Source of the DNA: Dehalococcoidia bacterium
GTDB taxonomy: Bacteria > Chloroflexota > Dehalococcoidia > UBA2979
Length of the DNA stretch: 64,000 nucleotides
Direction: 5' to 3'
Assembly (NCBI GenBank): GCA_963667465.2
Contig: CAXXDN010000002.1
Coordinates: 1,568,001 to 1,632,000 of the forward strand
Positions within the stretch are counted from its first letter, which is position 1. The number at the start of each line of letters is the position of its first letter. Under the pieces are notes generated by a model that saw only the letters and a program-made list of their open reading frames with translations, had not been told where the DNA came from and ran no database searches. Shown here in pieces: positions 1 to 9,887 of this stretch. A program made the translations under genes and the position numbers.

Positions 1-170
1 AGGGCTGGGAGATCATCGAGGATCAGGCAGTGGGCTTCTCGACGATCCTCGAATTCGCCTCGGAGGACAGGGCACTGCAGGGCTCGGCCTCGTTCGACAC
101 GTTCGAGGAAAACGAGGACTACACGCAGATCAGACTGCAGATCCAGAGCGCGGGAACGTCGCCGAACTGA
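1..170 (+). CDS. 3' end of hypothetical protein (truncated by window edge)
   Basis: Open frame from base 3 (GWEIIEDQAVGFSTILEF...SPN) to TGA at 168-170 with coding-like codon bias. Confidence 0.6.
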   Translation, partial: GWEIIEDQAVGFSTILEFASEDRALQGSASFDTFEENEDYTQIRLQIQSAGTSPN

Positions 171-279
171 TCCCGACAGGCGCGCGGGGCGGCGTGCCTG
201 TGCAAGAATGCCAATCGGTCCCGCCCTCGCCGTCCCGAAGCGACCCCGAGGCGCGGCGCCGGGAAACGGCGGCGTCGCC

Positions 280-687
280 GTGAACGCACAGACCTGCGGA
301 TTCGGATCGGGCTTCCTGCGGCGCGGCTGCAGTCGCGACGCCATCACCGACTGCGTCTACTGCGGCCGCCCGTTCTGCGAGGAGCACGGCGAGCGCGCCG
401 AGGACTACATGGACGTCTGCGCCGGCAAGCGCTGCAGCGAGAAGCTGCACGACCTGCGAGCGCACGCGGAGTGGCGCAGCCGCGTGTCCGCGGCGAATCG
501 CATGAGCGTGTGCGCGGTGGAGAACTGCGCGGAGCGGATGCGTCACCAGTGCTCGCGCTGCCGGATGCTGTTCTGTCGCGAGCACATCCGCGAACGAGAG
601 ATCGCGGACCACTCGGTGCAGCCGCCCGCGAAGGTGCTGGCTGTCGTCTGCACCCACTGCCAGGAGCGCCGCAAGCTCTGGGACTGA
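280..687 (+). CDS. Small Cys/His-rich protein with two AN1-like zinc-finger repeats
   Basis: Two CxxC-x3-FCxxH motifs (CVYCGRPFCEEH; CSRCRMLFCREH) plus further Cys pairs; start GTG 280 or ATG 208. Confidence 0.7.
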   Translation: MNAQTCGFGSGFLRRGCSRDAITDCVYCGRPFCEEHGERAEDYMDVCAGKRCSEKLHDLRAHAEWRSRVSAANRMSVCAVENCAERMRHQCSRCRMLFCREHIREREIADHSVQPPAKVLAVVCTHCQERRKLWD

Positions 688-841
688 CCGCCGGACCTCG
701 CCGAGGTGGCGCGAGGGCGTGCAGCCGCCGAACACGTGCCACAGTGCGGACCCCACCCTCATCTGCACCCACTGCGCGGAGCGGCCTCGGAGCTGGAGCT
801 GAGCGAGGAGTACCGCCCGGTGCGAGGGCGCGGCTCTTCGC

Positions 842-2524
842 TCAGGACTCGCCGCTTGTGAGGTAGCTCGCCGGCCGGTGCTCCGCGATCGGGTCGGTGT
901 CCGGCGCGAGCCGACTCGAGCGCACCAGCCCGCGCTGCACGTCCGCCGCGACCGCGAGTGGGCGTCCGGCCAGCGCCTCGGCGGCGACTGCGCCCGAGGG
1001 GTCGACAACGTACGCGCCGCCTGCTTCCTCGGAACCTGCGGACGCCGCGAGCCACACACGGTTCTCCGCGGCCCGTGACCGCGCGAGGGCGCGCACCGCC
1101 TCGGGCGCGAAACCGGGCAGCGGCTGCGCGCACCAGACCAGCAACTCCGCGCCCTGTAGCCGCAGCCCGCGCGCCGGCTCCGGCGCGAGCGCGTCGCCGG
1201 CGAGCAGCAGCCCGATCCGTCCGAGGCGCGTCTCCACCAGCGGCGGCGGGTCGGCGCCGGGGCTGTAGCCGGCCGCCCGCTCCGCCTCGTCGAGGTGCGC
1301 CTGCCGGCAGGACGCGATCACCTCGCCGCCGTCGAGCAGCGAGAGCCGCTTGCAGGTGGCCGCGCCGTCGCGCTCGGCGAGGCCGACGGCGAGCATCACG
1401 CCGGCGTCCGCGCTGAGCGTCCGCAGCAACGGCAGCAGCTCACCCTCGTCCAGCGCGTGCGCGTCCGTCCTCGCGAGATCCGGCAACACGACGAGCTCCG
1501 CGCCCTGCGTGGCGAGCGTGGTGACGAGGGCGCGCAGCCGCTCCATCAGCGCCACGGCCGACGGCGAGACCTCGATGGCCGCAGCAGCCACCCGGACGAC
1601 CTGCGCGTCCGCGGGCGCGGCCGGCTCGGTCAGCGAGTCACCGGAGACCGCCGCCGCGCCGTACAGCTCGATGCGCGGGGCGACGGGCGGCCCGTTCGCC
1701 TCGTCGAGGTCGATGACAGCGTGCACGATCCCCGGGCTATCGCTCGGCGCCTGCGCGCGCCAGCGTCCGCTCGGGTCGACGACACCGCTGCGTCCGGCAT
1801 AGACGATGCTGTCCGCCTCGACGCCGACCTTGTCGGCGGCGGCGATCCAGGCGCCGTTCTCGATTGCCCGCGCCGCCAGCATGTAGTCGACCTGCGGGTT
1901 GGAGAGCGCCGCCGGGTCGCGGCCCGAGGAGACCCACGCCGTGCAGTCCAGGAGCAGCTCGGCGCCGCCAAGGGCAAGCTCGCGCGTGATCTCCGGCAGG
2001 CGGCCGTCCGAGCAGATGAACAGCCCGGCCTGGCCCACCGCCTCGGCAGTTCCCGCACCGGCCGCCTTGACGGCGATCGGTGCTCCCGCCTCGCCGGGCG
2101 CGAACCAGTGGCGATCGAAGTGCCAGAGGAAGCGCTTGGGCTGTCGGGCCGCCACGCGTCCGTCGCGCCCGAACAGCACCGCCACGTTGCGCAGCAGGCC
2201 GTCGCTCGCCGCGTCGTCGCCGCCCCGCTGCACGAGGCCGACCGCGATCGCGCAGCCGTGGCGCGCCGCGTGCTCCCCGAGGACGTCCTCGACCTCCTCG
2301 TCGGCGTAGACGTTGGCCGCCTCGTAGGCCTCACGCGAGTGCAGGTAGTAGGCCGGATAGCTCGCTTCGGGGAGCACGATCAGGTCTGGCGCTCCGCCCG
2401 AGGAGCCGGCCGCGGCCTCGTCGATGCGGCGCAGCAGTTCCTCCCAGGCCGCCTCGTGGTCGGCCAGCTCGAAGGCGGGGAGTTGCAACAGGGCGAGGCG
2501 CAGCGTGCGGCCGCCGTCGGTCAT
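842..2524 (-). CDS. Carbon-nitrogen hydrolase (nitrilase family), two-domain
   Basis: N domain LIVLPE...K...FICSDGR (E-K-C triad); second degenerate copy LVVLPD...RAAENRVW. Confidence 0.85.
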   Translation of the reverse strand: MTDGGRTLRLALLQLPAFELADHEAAWEELLRRIDEAAAGSSGGAPDLIVLPEASYPAYYLHSREAYEAANVYADEEVEDVLGEHAARHGCAIAVGLVQRGGDDAASDGLLRNVAVLFGRDGRVAARQPKRFLWHFDRHWFAPGEAGAPIAVKAAGAGTAEAVGQAGLFICSDGRLPEITRELALGGAELLLDCTAWVSSGRDPAALSNPQVDYMLAARAIENGAWIAAADKVGVEADSIVYAGRSGVVDPSGRWRAQAPSDSPGIVHAVIDLDEANGPPVAPRIELYGAAAVSGDSLTEPAAPADAQVVRVAAAAIEVSPSAVALMERLRALVTTLATQGAELVVLPDLARTDAHALDEGELLPLLRTLSADAGVMLAVGLAERDGAATCKRLSLLDGGEVIASCRQAHLDEAERAAGYSPGADPPPLVETRLGRIGLLLAGDALAPEPARGLRLQGAELLVWCAQPLPGFAPEAVRALARSRAAENRVWLAASAGSEEAGGAYVVDPSGAVAAEALAGRPLAVAADVQRGLVRSSRLAPDTDPIAEHRPASYLTSGES

Positions 2525-2575
2525 CGCGCCCTCTCCTCCAACCGACCGGGCCGGCCGGTCAGACCGCGCGGGCGC

Positions 2576-3352
2576 TCAGCCCTCGACCACCGGGTTGCGC
2601 AGCACCCCGACGCCGCCGACCTCGACCGCGACGATGTCGCCGTCGGCGAGTTGGTGCGTCTCGCCGGGTGTGCCGGTGAAGATCAGGTCACCACGCTCGA
2701 GCGTCATCGCGCTCGAGATCTGCGCGATGCAGCGCCGGATCGAGTGGATCAGGTCGGCCGTCGTTGCGTTCTGGATCTCCTCGCCGTTGAGTCGCACCGC
2801 AATCGGGATCGTCTCCGGGTCGAGGTCGGTCGCGATCCAGGGGCCGACGGCGGTGAAGGTGTCGGCGGACTTGGCGCGCCACCACTGGAGATCGCCACGC
2901 TGCCACGGGCGCGCGGAGACGTCGTTGCCGCAGGTGTAGCCGAGGACGTAGTCGTCCACGCGCTCCTCGGGGATGTTGCGCCCGCGGCGGCCGATCACCG
3001 CAACCACTTCGCCCTCCTCGTCGACGCGGCCGGCGCCGGGCGGCAGCACGATCGCCTCGCCGGGGCCGATCACGGAGCTCGGCGTCTTGATGAACGGTTC
3101 CGGCTGCGCGGGCGCCGGGCGCGCGCCCGCCGATTGCGCCGCGCCGGAATCGAGGTGGCTGCGATAGTTGAGGCCGATCGCGAGCACCTTCGATGGGCGC
3201 GTCGGCGCGAGCAGGCGCGCCTCCTCGAGCGGCACGACCTCCCCGCTGCGCTCGCGCCGGCCGAAGAGGCCGCCGCGGATCAGGTGCAGCGCGCCGTCCT
3301 CGACGATCGCATGCACCACCCTGCCCCGAACCCGTGCCCGTGCAAGCAGCAC
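2576..3352 (-). CDS. Fumarylacetoacetate hydrolase family protein
   Basis: KVLAIGLNY, EGEVVAVIG, GYTCGNDVSAR, GDLIFTGTP motifs. Confidence 0.92.
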   Translation of the reverse strand: MLLARARVRGRVVHAIVEDGALHLIRGGLFGRRERSGEVVPLEEARLLAPTRPSKVLAIGLNYRSHLDSGAAQSAGARPAPAQPEPFIKTPSSVIGPGEAIVLPPGAGRVDEEGEVVAVIGRRGRNIPEERVDDYVLGYTCGNDVSARPWQRGDLQWWRAKSADTFTAVGPWIATDLDPETIPIAVRLNGEEIQNATTADLIHSIRRCIAQISSAMTLERGDLIFTGTPGETHQLADGDIVAVEVGGVGVLRNPVVEG

Positions 3353-3518
3353 CGCGCCCTCCTCCGGCTACGCCGCGCGCGGCTTCGCGCGGCCTCGATC
3401 ACGCCGGTGCTCATGCTACGATGCGCGGCGCCGCTCGCGGGTCACCAGCGGCGAGATCGCAGGGGATCGCGCGGCGACACAAGCCCGGCGACCCGGTCCG
3501 CACGACGAGGAGCCGCTG

Positions 3519-4721
3519 CTGCTCGGGATCCACCACACGCTCTCCCGCCGCACGGAGCCGTTCCGACCGATCGAGGATCGCCGCGTCCTCATGTATGTCT
3601 GCGGCATCACGCCCTACGACGCCGGGCACCTCGGACACGCGCTCACCTACGTCGTCTTCGACGTCGTGCGCCGCTACCTCGAGTTCCAGTCCTTCGAGGT
3701 GCGGCACATCCAGAACATCACCGACATCGACGACGACATGGTGCGCGTCTCCGCCCAGCGCGGCCTCTCCATCGCGGAGCTGACCGAGGAGACACACACC
3801 CGGTTCCTGGAGGACATGGACGCGCTCAACGTGCTGCGCCCGGACGCCTACCCAAGCGTCTCCGGAAGCATCCCCGAGATCGTCGAGCTGATCTCGCTGC
3901 TGCTGGAGCGCGGCCACGCCTACGAGGCCGCGGGCCACGTCTTCTTCGACGCACGGAGCGCGCCCGCCTTCGGCGCGCTCAGCGGCATGACGCCGGACCA
4001 GCTGCGCAACGCCCCCCGCACGGACACGATGCCCGAGGAGCCCGAGCACCTGAAGCGCGACTCGCTCGACTTCCTGCTCTGGCAGCCCTCGGACTACCCG
4101 GGCGCAGCATTCGATGCGCCCTGGGGGCGTGGCCGCCCCGGCTGGCACATCGAGTGCTCCGCGATGGCGCGCGCGAACCTCGGCGACCGGATCGACATCC
4201 ACGGCGGCGGGAGCGACCTGGTCTACCCGCACCACGAGTCCGAGATCGTGCAGTCGGAGCATGCGACGGGGGTGGCGCCGTTCGTCGGCTGCTGGATGCA
4301 TATCGGCACGCTCACGCTGGACGGCGTGAAGATGTCCAAGTCGCTCGGCAACCTCGTCAAGGTCGGCGAGCTGCTGGAGGCAGGCCACGCGCCGGACGCG
4401 ATCCGCCTCGCGCTGCTCGGCACGCACTACCGCGAAGAGCACCCCTGGATCGATGCCGTCCTCGCGCGCGCCGAGGAGCAAGCAGCGCTCCTCCGCCGCG
4501 CGGCCACGAGCACCGGAGGCCCGCCGGACCAGCTACGCGTGCAGCCGCTGCGCAACGAGTTCATGGACGCCATGGACGACGACTTCGACACCCCTCGCGC
4601 CATCGAAACCCTGCTCACCATCGCCCGCGCCCTCGAGGCCGGCGCCCTCCACGGCGCGACGGCGATTCCCGCGCTGGTCGAGCTTGCGGATGTGCTGGGG
4701 CTGCGGCTGGGCCGGGAGTAG
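3519..4721 (+). CDS. CysRS-like class I ligase lacking anticodon domain (MshC-like cysteine ligase)
   Basis: [52 protein letters not shown]; about 400 aa; probable CTG start after GAGGAG (3507-3512). Confidence 0.8.
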   Translation: MLGIHHTLSRRTEPFRPIEDRRVLMYVCGITPYDAGHLGHALTYVVFDVVRRYLEFQSFEVRHIQNITDIDDDMVRVSAQRGLSIAELTEETHTRFLEDMDALNVLRPDAYPSVSGSIPEIVELISLLLERGHAYEAAGHVFFDARSAPAFGALSGMTPDQLRNAPRTDTMPEEPEHLKRDSLDFLLWQPSDYPGAAFDAPWGRGRPGWHIECSAMARANLGDRIDIHGGGSDLVYPHHESEIVQSEHATGVAPFVGCWMHIGTLTLDGVKMSKSLGNLVKVGELLEAGHAPDAIRLALLGTHYREEHPWIDAVLARAEEQAALLRRAATSTGGPPDQLRVQPLRNEFMDAMDDDFDTPRAIETLLTIARALEAGALHGATAIPALVELADVLGLRLGRE

Positions 4722-4722
4722 G

Positions 4723-5541
4723 TTAGAACCCGGGCAGCCGCGCGCGGCCCACATCGTCTCGCTCGCTAATCTTCTGCCAGAAGTCCCCGCCTCGCGGGTC
4801 CTTACTGGCGAAGACCATGTGGTAGATGCTCGCTCCAGCTCGATTTCGCGCCTGTTGGCGATCATCAAAGACTGAATATCCGATCGAGCGAAGTTGTGTC
4901 TCGTAGAGATCGAGCAGAGCGCGGTACGTCAACCTTCCCCGATGGATGCCGGGAATGAGATCGCGCCACTCAGGTGTCCCGAAGAAGCGATCGAGCCTTC
5001 CCTCCAGTGACGGCTCGCCAATGAAGCGAAGAATGTACCCGGTCATGAATGTAATGATGAGATCGACCCGCAGGTCCGCGGTCATCTCCCGAATGGCATC
5101 GAAGGAGACTTGGAACGCCGTCGGGTCAATGACGGCCAGACCCAGAGTTCCGCTTGCGGATGTCGGCGGAAAGAGGTGCTCGCGGGCGGCAACTGCAGCT
5201 TCGTTGCAATCCAACGCAGTCAATCGGACCTTCCGCGTATCTTTCTCACCGACGCGCTGCCTCAGCGCCGCGACTGCCTCAGCACTGACGTCGTTCAAGA
5301 AGAGCGCGTCGAACTCCCCTCGCCGCGCAGCCAACAGAGCTGAGCCGGGACGTTCCTCTCTACTTGCCTCATCCACACAGAGGCCCGGACCGGAGAAGAG
5401 ATCGGCATAGACCAATCTCCACCTTCTGCGCATACCTACCGTGAAGATGTCGAGGTAGCGTTCGATCAGAAAGAGCTTCGTCCGAGTCCATGGTTGCAGC
5501 GGAAAGGCAGGCAGGCCGTCACCTGCTATGAGGTCAGTCAC
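4723..5541 (-). CDS. tcmP: Three-Cys-motif partner protein TcmP (SAM-dependent methyltransferase-like)
   Basis: WTRTKL...YL, YADLFSGPG, IDP, DRFFGTPEW, YHMVFASK motifs; directly downstream of DUF5131; more AT-rich codon usage than flanks. Confidence 0.85.
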   Translation of the reverse strand: MTDLIAGDGLPAFPLQPWTRTKLFLIERYLDIFTVGMRRRWRLVYADLFSGPGLCVDEASREERPGSALLAARRGEFDALFLNDVSAEAVAALRQRVGEKDTRKVRLTALDCNEAAVAAREHLFPPTSASGTLGLAVIDPTAFQVSFDAIREMTADLRVDLIITFMTGYILRFIGEPSLEGRLDRFFGTPEWRDLIPGIHRGRLTYRALLDLYETQLRSIGYSVFDDRQQARNRAGASIYHMVFASKDPRGGDFWQKISERDDVGRARLPGF

Positions 5542-5554
5542 TGCACGATCCGCA

Positions 5555-6280
5555 TTAGGCCGGCACGCCGTCCCATGTCCGCCCGTCGAGCAGGCGGCCC
5601 GCGGCCTTCTTGCTCATCCGCATCCCCGAGGCGTCGTGGGCGCCCCATTGCTTGAAGAAGAAGGGGACGCGGGCGGCGCGGCACTGGTCGCGGATGGAGC
5701 GGGCCCACTCTGGCCGCATTGGACGGGATCGGGGTCCGCTCTCACCGCCTGCGATCACCCAGTGGATGCCATCGAGGTCGAGGTCAAGCGGGCCGAGCAG
5801 CGGCTCGCAGGAGAGGAAGCGGACACTCGCGTCGATCGTCCGCAGTTCGTCGATGCGCGTCGTCCAGCGCTGGTTCTCGACGGAGACGCCGAGCCAGATG
5901 TTGTCCGGCCACGGAAGCGCCGGCGCAAGGTCCGCAGCGCGCTCCGGCCGCTTGGTGAGCACCTGGAACTTGTGCCAGTGCGCTCGCTCCATCACGTCGA
6001 ACACCTCGGCGACGAAGGAATCGGCGACCTCCTCGTGGAACAGGTCGCTCATGCTATTCACGAAGATCGTCCGCGGGCGCTTCCACTTCAGCGGCTGCTC
6101 CAGCCGCTCAGGCCGCAAGACGACGTCGAAGCCTTGCTCGTAGGGGTGCCCCGGCACACCACGGAAGCGCTCCGCGAAGCGCTTCGCGTAGCAGTTGGCG
6201 CAGCCGGGTGAGAGCTGCGTGCAACCCGTCACCGGGTTCCACGTCGCCTCGGTCCACTCAATCGCGCTGCGGTCGGCCAT
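5555..6280 (-). CDS. DUF5131 / phage Gp37-Gp68 family radical-SAM-like protein
   Basis: IEWTEATWNPVTGC-x6-CANCYA, FVNSMSDLFH, QVLTKRP, FLSCEPLLG, WVIAGGESG, FFFKQWG. Confidence 0.93.
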   Translation of the reverse strand: MADRSAIEWTEATWNPVTGCTQLSPGCANCYAKRFAERFRGVPGHPYEQGFDVVLRPERLEQPLKWKRPRTIFVNSMSDLFHEEVADSFVAEVFDVMERAHWHKFQVLTKRPERAADLAPALPWPDNIWLGVSVENQRWTTRIDELRTIDASVRFLSCEPLLGPLDLDLDGIHWVIAGGESGPRSRPMRPEWARSIRDQCRAARVPFFFKQWGAHDASGMRMSKKAAGRLLDGRTWDGVPA

Positions 6281-6286
6281 GGCACC

Positions 6287-6304
6287 ATCCTAGAACGTTT
6301 GTTC
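6287..6304 (-). promoter_or_regulatory. LexA (SOS) box GAAC-GTTT-GTTC abutting -10 TAGGAT of a leaderless DUF5131 promoter
   Basis: GAAC-N4-GTTC at 6293-6304; minus-strand TAGGAT (6292-6287) 6 nt before the ATG. Confidence 0.75.
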
Positions 6305-6404
6305 CGCACACTGTACCCCGCGACACCCGCCGAATGCTACACCCCGCGCCGCTCCGCGCGCGCTGTAGTACGCTCGATAACCTGCTAGGGCCTGGGAGGG
6401 CACT

Positions 6405-7742
6405 GTGCTCGAAATCGGCGGCGGTCTGCTCGCCGTCCTTTTCCTTGTGTTGCTCAACGGCTTCTTCGTCGCTGCCGAGTTCGCGCTCGTCACCGTGCGA
6501 AGCACGCGCGTGCAGCAGCTCCTCGCCGAGGGGGCGCCCGGCTCGCGCAATGTCGACGACGGCATCCGCAACCTCGACAGCTACATCGCCGCCTGCCAGT
6601 TCGGCATCACCCTCGCCAGCCTCGCCCTCGGCTGGATCGGCGAGCCCGCGCTGGCCGGCCTGGTCGAGCCCGTCGTCGGCCCGATCGGCGGGCACGCCGT
6701 CGCCGTGGCGATCGCCTTCACCATCATCACCGCGCTGCACGTGATCGCCGGCGAGCTGGCGCCGAAGGGCGTCGCGCTGCAGTACCCGGAGCGCGTCGCG
6801 CTGCTCATCGCCGGCCCGCTGCGGCTCTTCCGCGCCGCGTTCCGCCCCGCGATCTGGATCCTCAACGAGAGCGGCTGGGCTGCCTCGAAGCTGCTCGGCG
6901 TGAGCCGCGACGTCGAATCCGAGAAGCACCTCGGCTCCGAGGAGCTGCGCCTCGTGGTGCGCGCGAGCCACGATGCGGGCGAGCTCAACGCACAGCAGGA
7001 GTTCATGCTGCAGCGCGTGATCCGCTTCTCCAGCCTCAACGTGGAGAGCGTGATGACCCCCCGCCCCGAGGTGATCGCGATCCCCGCCGGGACGCCCGTC
7101 GCCGAGGCGACGGCCTTCGCGAAGGAGCACCGCCACTCGCGATACCCCGTCTACCGCGACGATCTCGACAACGTGATCGGCGTGCTGCACGCGCGCGACC
7201 TCTTGCTCGTCGAGGGCGACGCCTCGCTGGACTCGCTGACCCGTGAGCCGCTGATGGTCCCGGCGCAGATGAGCGTGCAGGAGCTGCTGCGCCTGATGCG
7301 CGTGCGCCGCACGCAGATCGCCATCGCCGTCGACGAGTACGGCGGCACCGACGGCATCGTCACCCTCGAGAACGTGCTCGAGGAGATCGTCGGCGAGTTG
7401 CAAGACGAGTTCGAGGTTCCCGAGGAGGCCGCCGTGCGCCGCCCCGGCGGCATCGTGCGCATCGACGCCGCCGAGAGCGTGGACGCGCTCGGCGAGCTGC
7501 TCGGCATCGAGGTCGAGCCCGGTCCCTACAAGACGGTGGCGGGCCTGCTGCTGGAGCACCTGCGCGAGATCCCGCAAGTCGGCGACACGATCGACCTCGG
7601 CGGCTACGAGTTCGCGATCGCCGAGATGGACGACCTGCGCATCGCGGCCGTCGAGGCGCGACAGCTCGCCGAGGACGAGGCGCCGGAGGGCGCGGACGGT
7701 TCGGCAGGGGCTGCCGCGACGACTCGCGAGACCGTCCCCTGA
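6405..7742 (+). CDS. Hemolysin/CNNM (HlyC/CorC) family membrane protein with CBS pair
   Basis: LNGFFVAAEFALV, GELAPK, HSRYPVY, VDEYGGTDGIVTLENVLEEIVGE. Confidence 0.93.
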   Translation: MLEIGGGLLAVLFLVLLNGFFVAAEFALVTVRSTRVQQLLAEGAPGSRNVDDGIRNLDSYIAACQFGITLASLALGWIGEPALAGLVEPVVGPIGGHAVAVAIAFTIITALHVIAGELAPKGVALQYPERVALLIAGPLRLFRAAFRPAIWILNESGWAASKLLGVSRDVESEKHLGSEELRLVVRASHDAGELNAQQEFMLQRVIRFSSLNVESVMTPRPEVIAIPAGTPVAEATAFAKEHRHSRYPVYRDDLDNVIGVLHARDLLLVEGDASLDSLTREPLMVPAQMSVQELLRLMRVRRTQIAIAVDEYGGTDGIVTLENVLEEIVGELQDEFEVPEEAAVRRPGGIVRIDAAESVDALGELLGIEVEPGPYKTVAGLLLEHLREIPQVGDTIDLGGYEFAIAEMDDLRIAAVEARQLAEDEAPEGADGSAGAAATTRETVP

Positions 7743-9054
7743 GACGCGCCATCGCACTCCGCAGTCCGGTCTACTACGGATGGGTGATCCTCGTCCTGGG
7801 GATCCTCTGCTCGAGCATCGCGGCCGCCACGATGTTCTGGACGATCACGATCTACATCCCGGCGCTCGCCGAGGAGTTCGCCGTGGACGGCGAGGCCCGG
7901 CGCTTCCCGGTGGTCGTCGCGTTCATGCTGGGCTCACTGGTTTCCGCGGTCTCCGGGCCGCTGGCCGGCCGCTGGATGGACACGCGCGGTGCGCGCGAGA
8001 CGATCCTCGTCGGATCCGCGATGTCCGCCGTGGCGCTGCTGGCGACCTCCCAGGCGAATGAGCTGTGGCAGATCGGCGTCGGCTGGGGCGTCGTCAGCGT
8101 CGGGCGTTCGATGATCTTCCCGGTCGCCTACAGCTGGCTGGTAACGCGCTGGTTCCAGCGGCGCCGCCAGATGGCGCTCGGCGTGCTCACCATCGGCTTC
8201 GGCATCGCCGGCATCGGGGTGCTGCCGCTCTCGATGGTCGAGGAGCGCTGGGACTGGTCGGCGGTGATGATCACCAGCGCGCTGCTGCTCGTGCTCATCA
8301 ACGGGCTGATCGCGCTGCTGCTGGTCTACGACCGTCCCGCCGAGATCGGCTCGCAGGTCGAGGGCATGACGGAGAGCGAGGCGCGGGCGAGCTCCTCCGA
8401 GACCGCCGGATTCTCGATCGGAGAAGCGCTGCGGTCGCCTGCCTCTGGCTGCTCGCCGGCGCGTTCATGACCTTCTTCATCGCGCCCGCTACGTTCTCCA
8501 CCCTGCAGCTGGACTTCTTCGAAACGAGCGGGGTCGAGCAGGCGGCGCTCGTCGTCGCCATCGGCGCCGCCGTGCGCGGCTTTTCGAGGTTGCCGTTCGG
8601 GTTGCTGGTGCTGGGGCGGATCCGCCGCGTCTTCCTGCTCGCGATCGTGGTCGCGCTGACACAGGTCGCGGCGCTCATGACGGTGGTGATCTCCACGTCC
8701 ACGCCAAGCCTCGCCGTCTTCGTCATGATGTGGGGCCTCGGCGGCGCCTTCGTGCCGATGCTGGAGCCGACGCTGATCAATCGTGCGTTCGGCGTCCGCC
8801 ACTTCGGGACGATCACCGGCGCGATGATGATGCTCGCGTTCCCGGGTACGGCGCTCGGCCCGATCGCCGCCGGCGCGCTGTTCGACGCGACGGGCTCGTA
8901 CCGCCTCGCGCTCACGATCATGGTGGGCGTGGTGGCGATCTCGATCCTCTTCTTCGCGCTCGCCTCGCTGGTGGTGAACGGGGCGCGCCACCGCCAGGCC
9001 GCCGCCGCACGCGGGATGAGCAACTGGCCGCCCGACACGGCGGACGCGCGCTAG
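7739..9054 (+). pseudogene. MFS transporter split by a 1-nt frameshift near 8443 (pseudogene or sequencing error)
   Basis: N half (YYGWVI..., GRWMDTRGAR) in ORF 7784..8470; C half (WLLAG...FDATGSY) in ORF 8065..9054; one added base restores SPAFWLLAG; start probably CTG overlapping upstream TGA. Confidence 0.8.
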
Positions 9055-9099
9055 GATGGCGCACGCGACCACGAGCGCAGCACCCGAAACGGAGCCCCG

Positions 9100-9852
9100 A
9101 TGAGCGCGAGCCTGGAAGACCTCTTCGGCGGCCAGCCGCCCGGCGAGCCGGATCCGGACGAGGGCGAGCTCCGCCGCGCCCTCGTGGTGGCGGCTCACCC
9201 GGACGACGCCGACTTCGGCGCGGGCGGGACGGCGGCGCTGCTCGCCGGGGCGGGCTGGGAGGTCCGCTACCTCGTCGTCACCGACGGCTCGAAGGGGTCC
9301 GACGACCCGGCCTTCACTCCGGAGACGCTCGTCGCCGCGCGCGAGCGCGAGCAGCGCGAGGCGGCGCGCATCCTCGGCGTCGGCTCGGTCGTCTTCCTCG
9401 GCTATACGGACGGGGAGCTGGTCTACTCACGGGAGCTGCTGGGGGCGGTCACGCGCGAGATCCGCGCGTTCCAGCCGTTCGCCGTCTACACCCACGACCC
9501 GGAGCCGGTGATCATCAACAACTCCTTCGTGAACCACAACGACCACCGCATCAGCGGCCTCGCCGCCGTCGACGCCGTCTACCCCACCGCCCGCGACCGC
9601 CTCAACTTCCCCGAGCAGGTCGAGGGCGGCCTGCCCACCCACAAGGTGCGCGAGCTCTACCTCTGGGGCGCGAACGAGCCGACCGTCGAGGTCGACATCT
9701 CGAGCGTGGCCGACACGAAGATCGAGGGGCTGCTCGCGCACGTCAGCCAATTCGGCGGGCGCGCGGACTTCGCCGAAATGGTGCGCGAGCGCTGGCGCGA
9801 GGAGGACGGCCGCTACCTCGAGCGCTTCCGCCGCGTCGGCCTCTTCCGCTGA
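9100..9852 (+). CDS. PIG-L family deacetylase (MshB/Mca/BshB-like)
   Basis: AAHPDDAD, TDGSKG, REREQREAA, HNDH, AHVSQ. Confidence 0.9.
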   Translation: MSASLEDLFGGQPPGEPDPDEGELRRALVVAAHPDDADFGAGGTAALLAGAGWEVRYLVVTDGSKGSDDPAFTPETLVAAREREQREAARILGVGSVVFLGYTDGELVYSRELLGAVTREIRAFQPFAVYTHDPEPVIINNSFVNHNDHRISGLAAVDAVYPTARDRLNFPEQVEGGLPTHKVRELYLWGANEPTVEVDISSVADTKIEGLLAHVSQFGGRADFAEMVRERWREEDGRYLERFRRVGLFR

Positions 9853-9887
9853 CGGTGCGCTGACGGCCGTCCAGTGACAGATCCGCC

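Noticed and set aside
3519-4721. Canonical cysS
   Set aside because: Too short, no anticodon-binding domain, MshC-like motifs; symbol withheld
1295-4726. 1143-aa ORF and many similar long Arg/Ala/Pro-rich ORFs
   Set aside because: Shadow frames of real genes in high-GC DNA; no motifs
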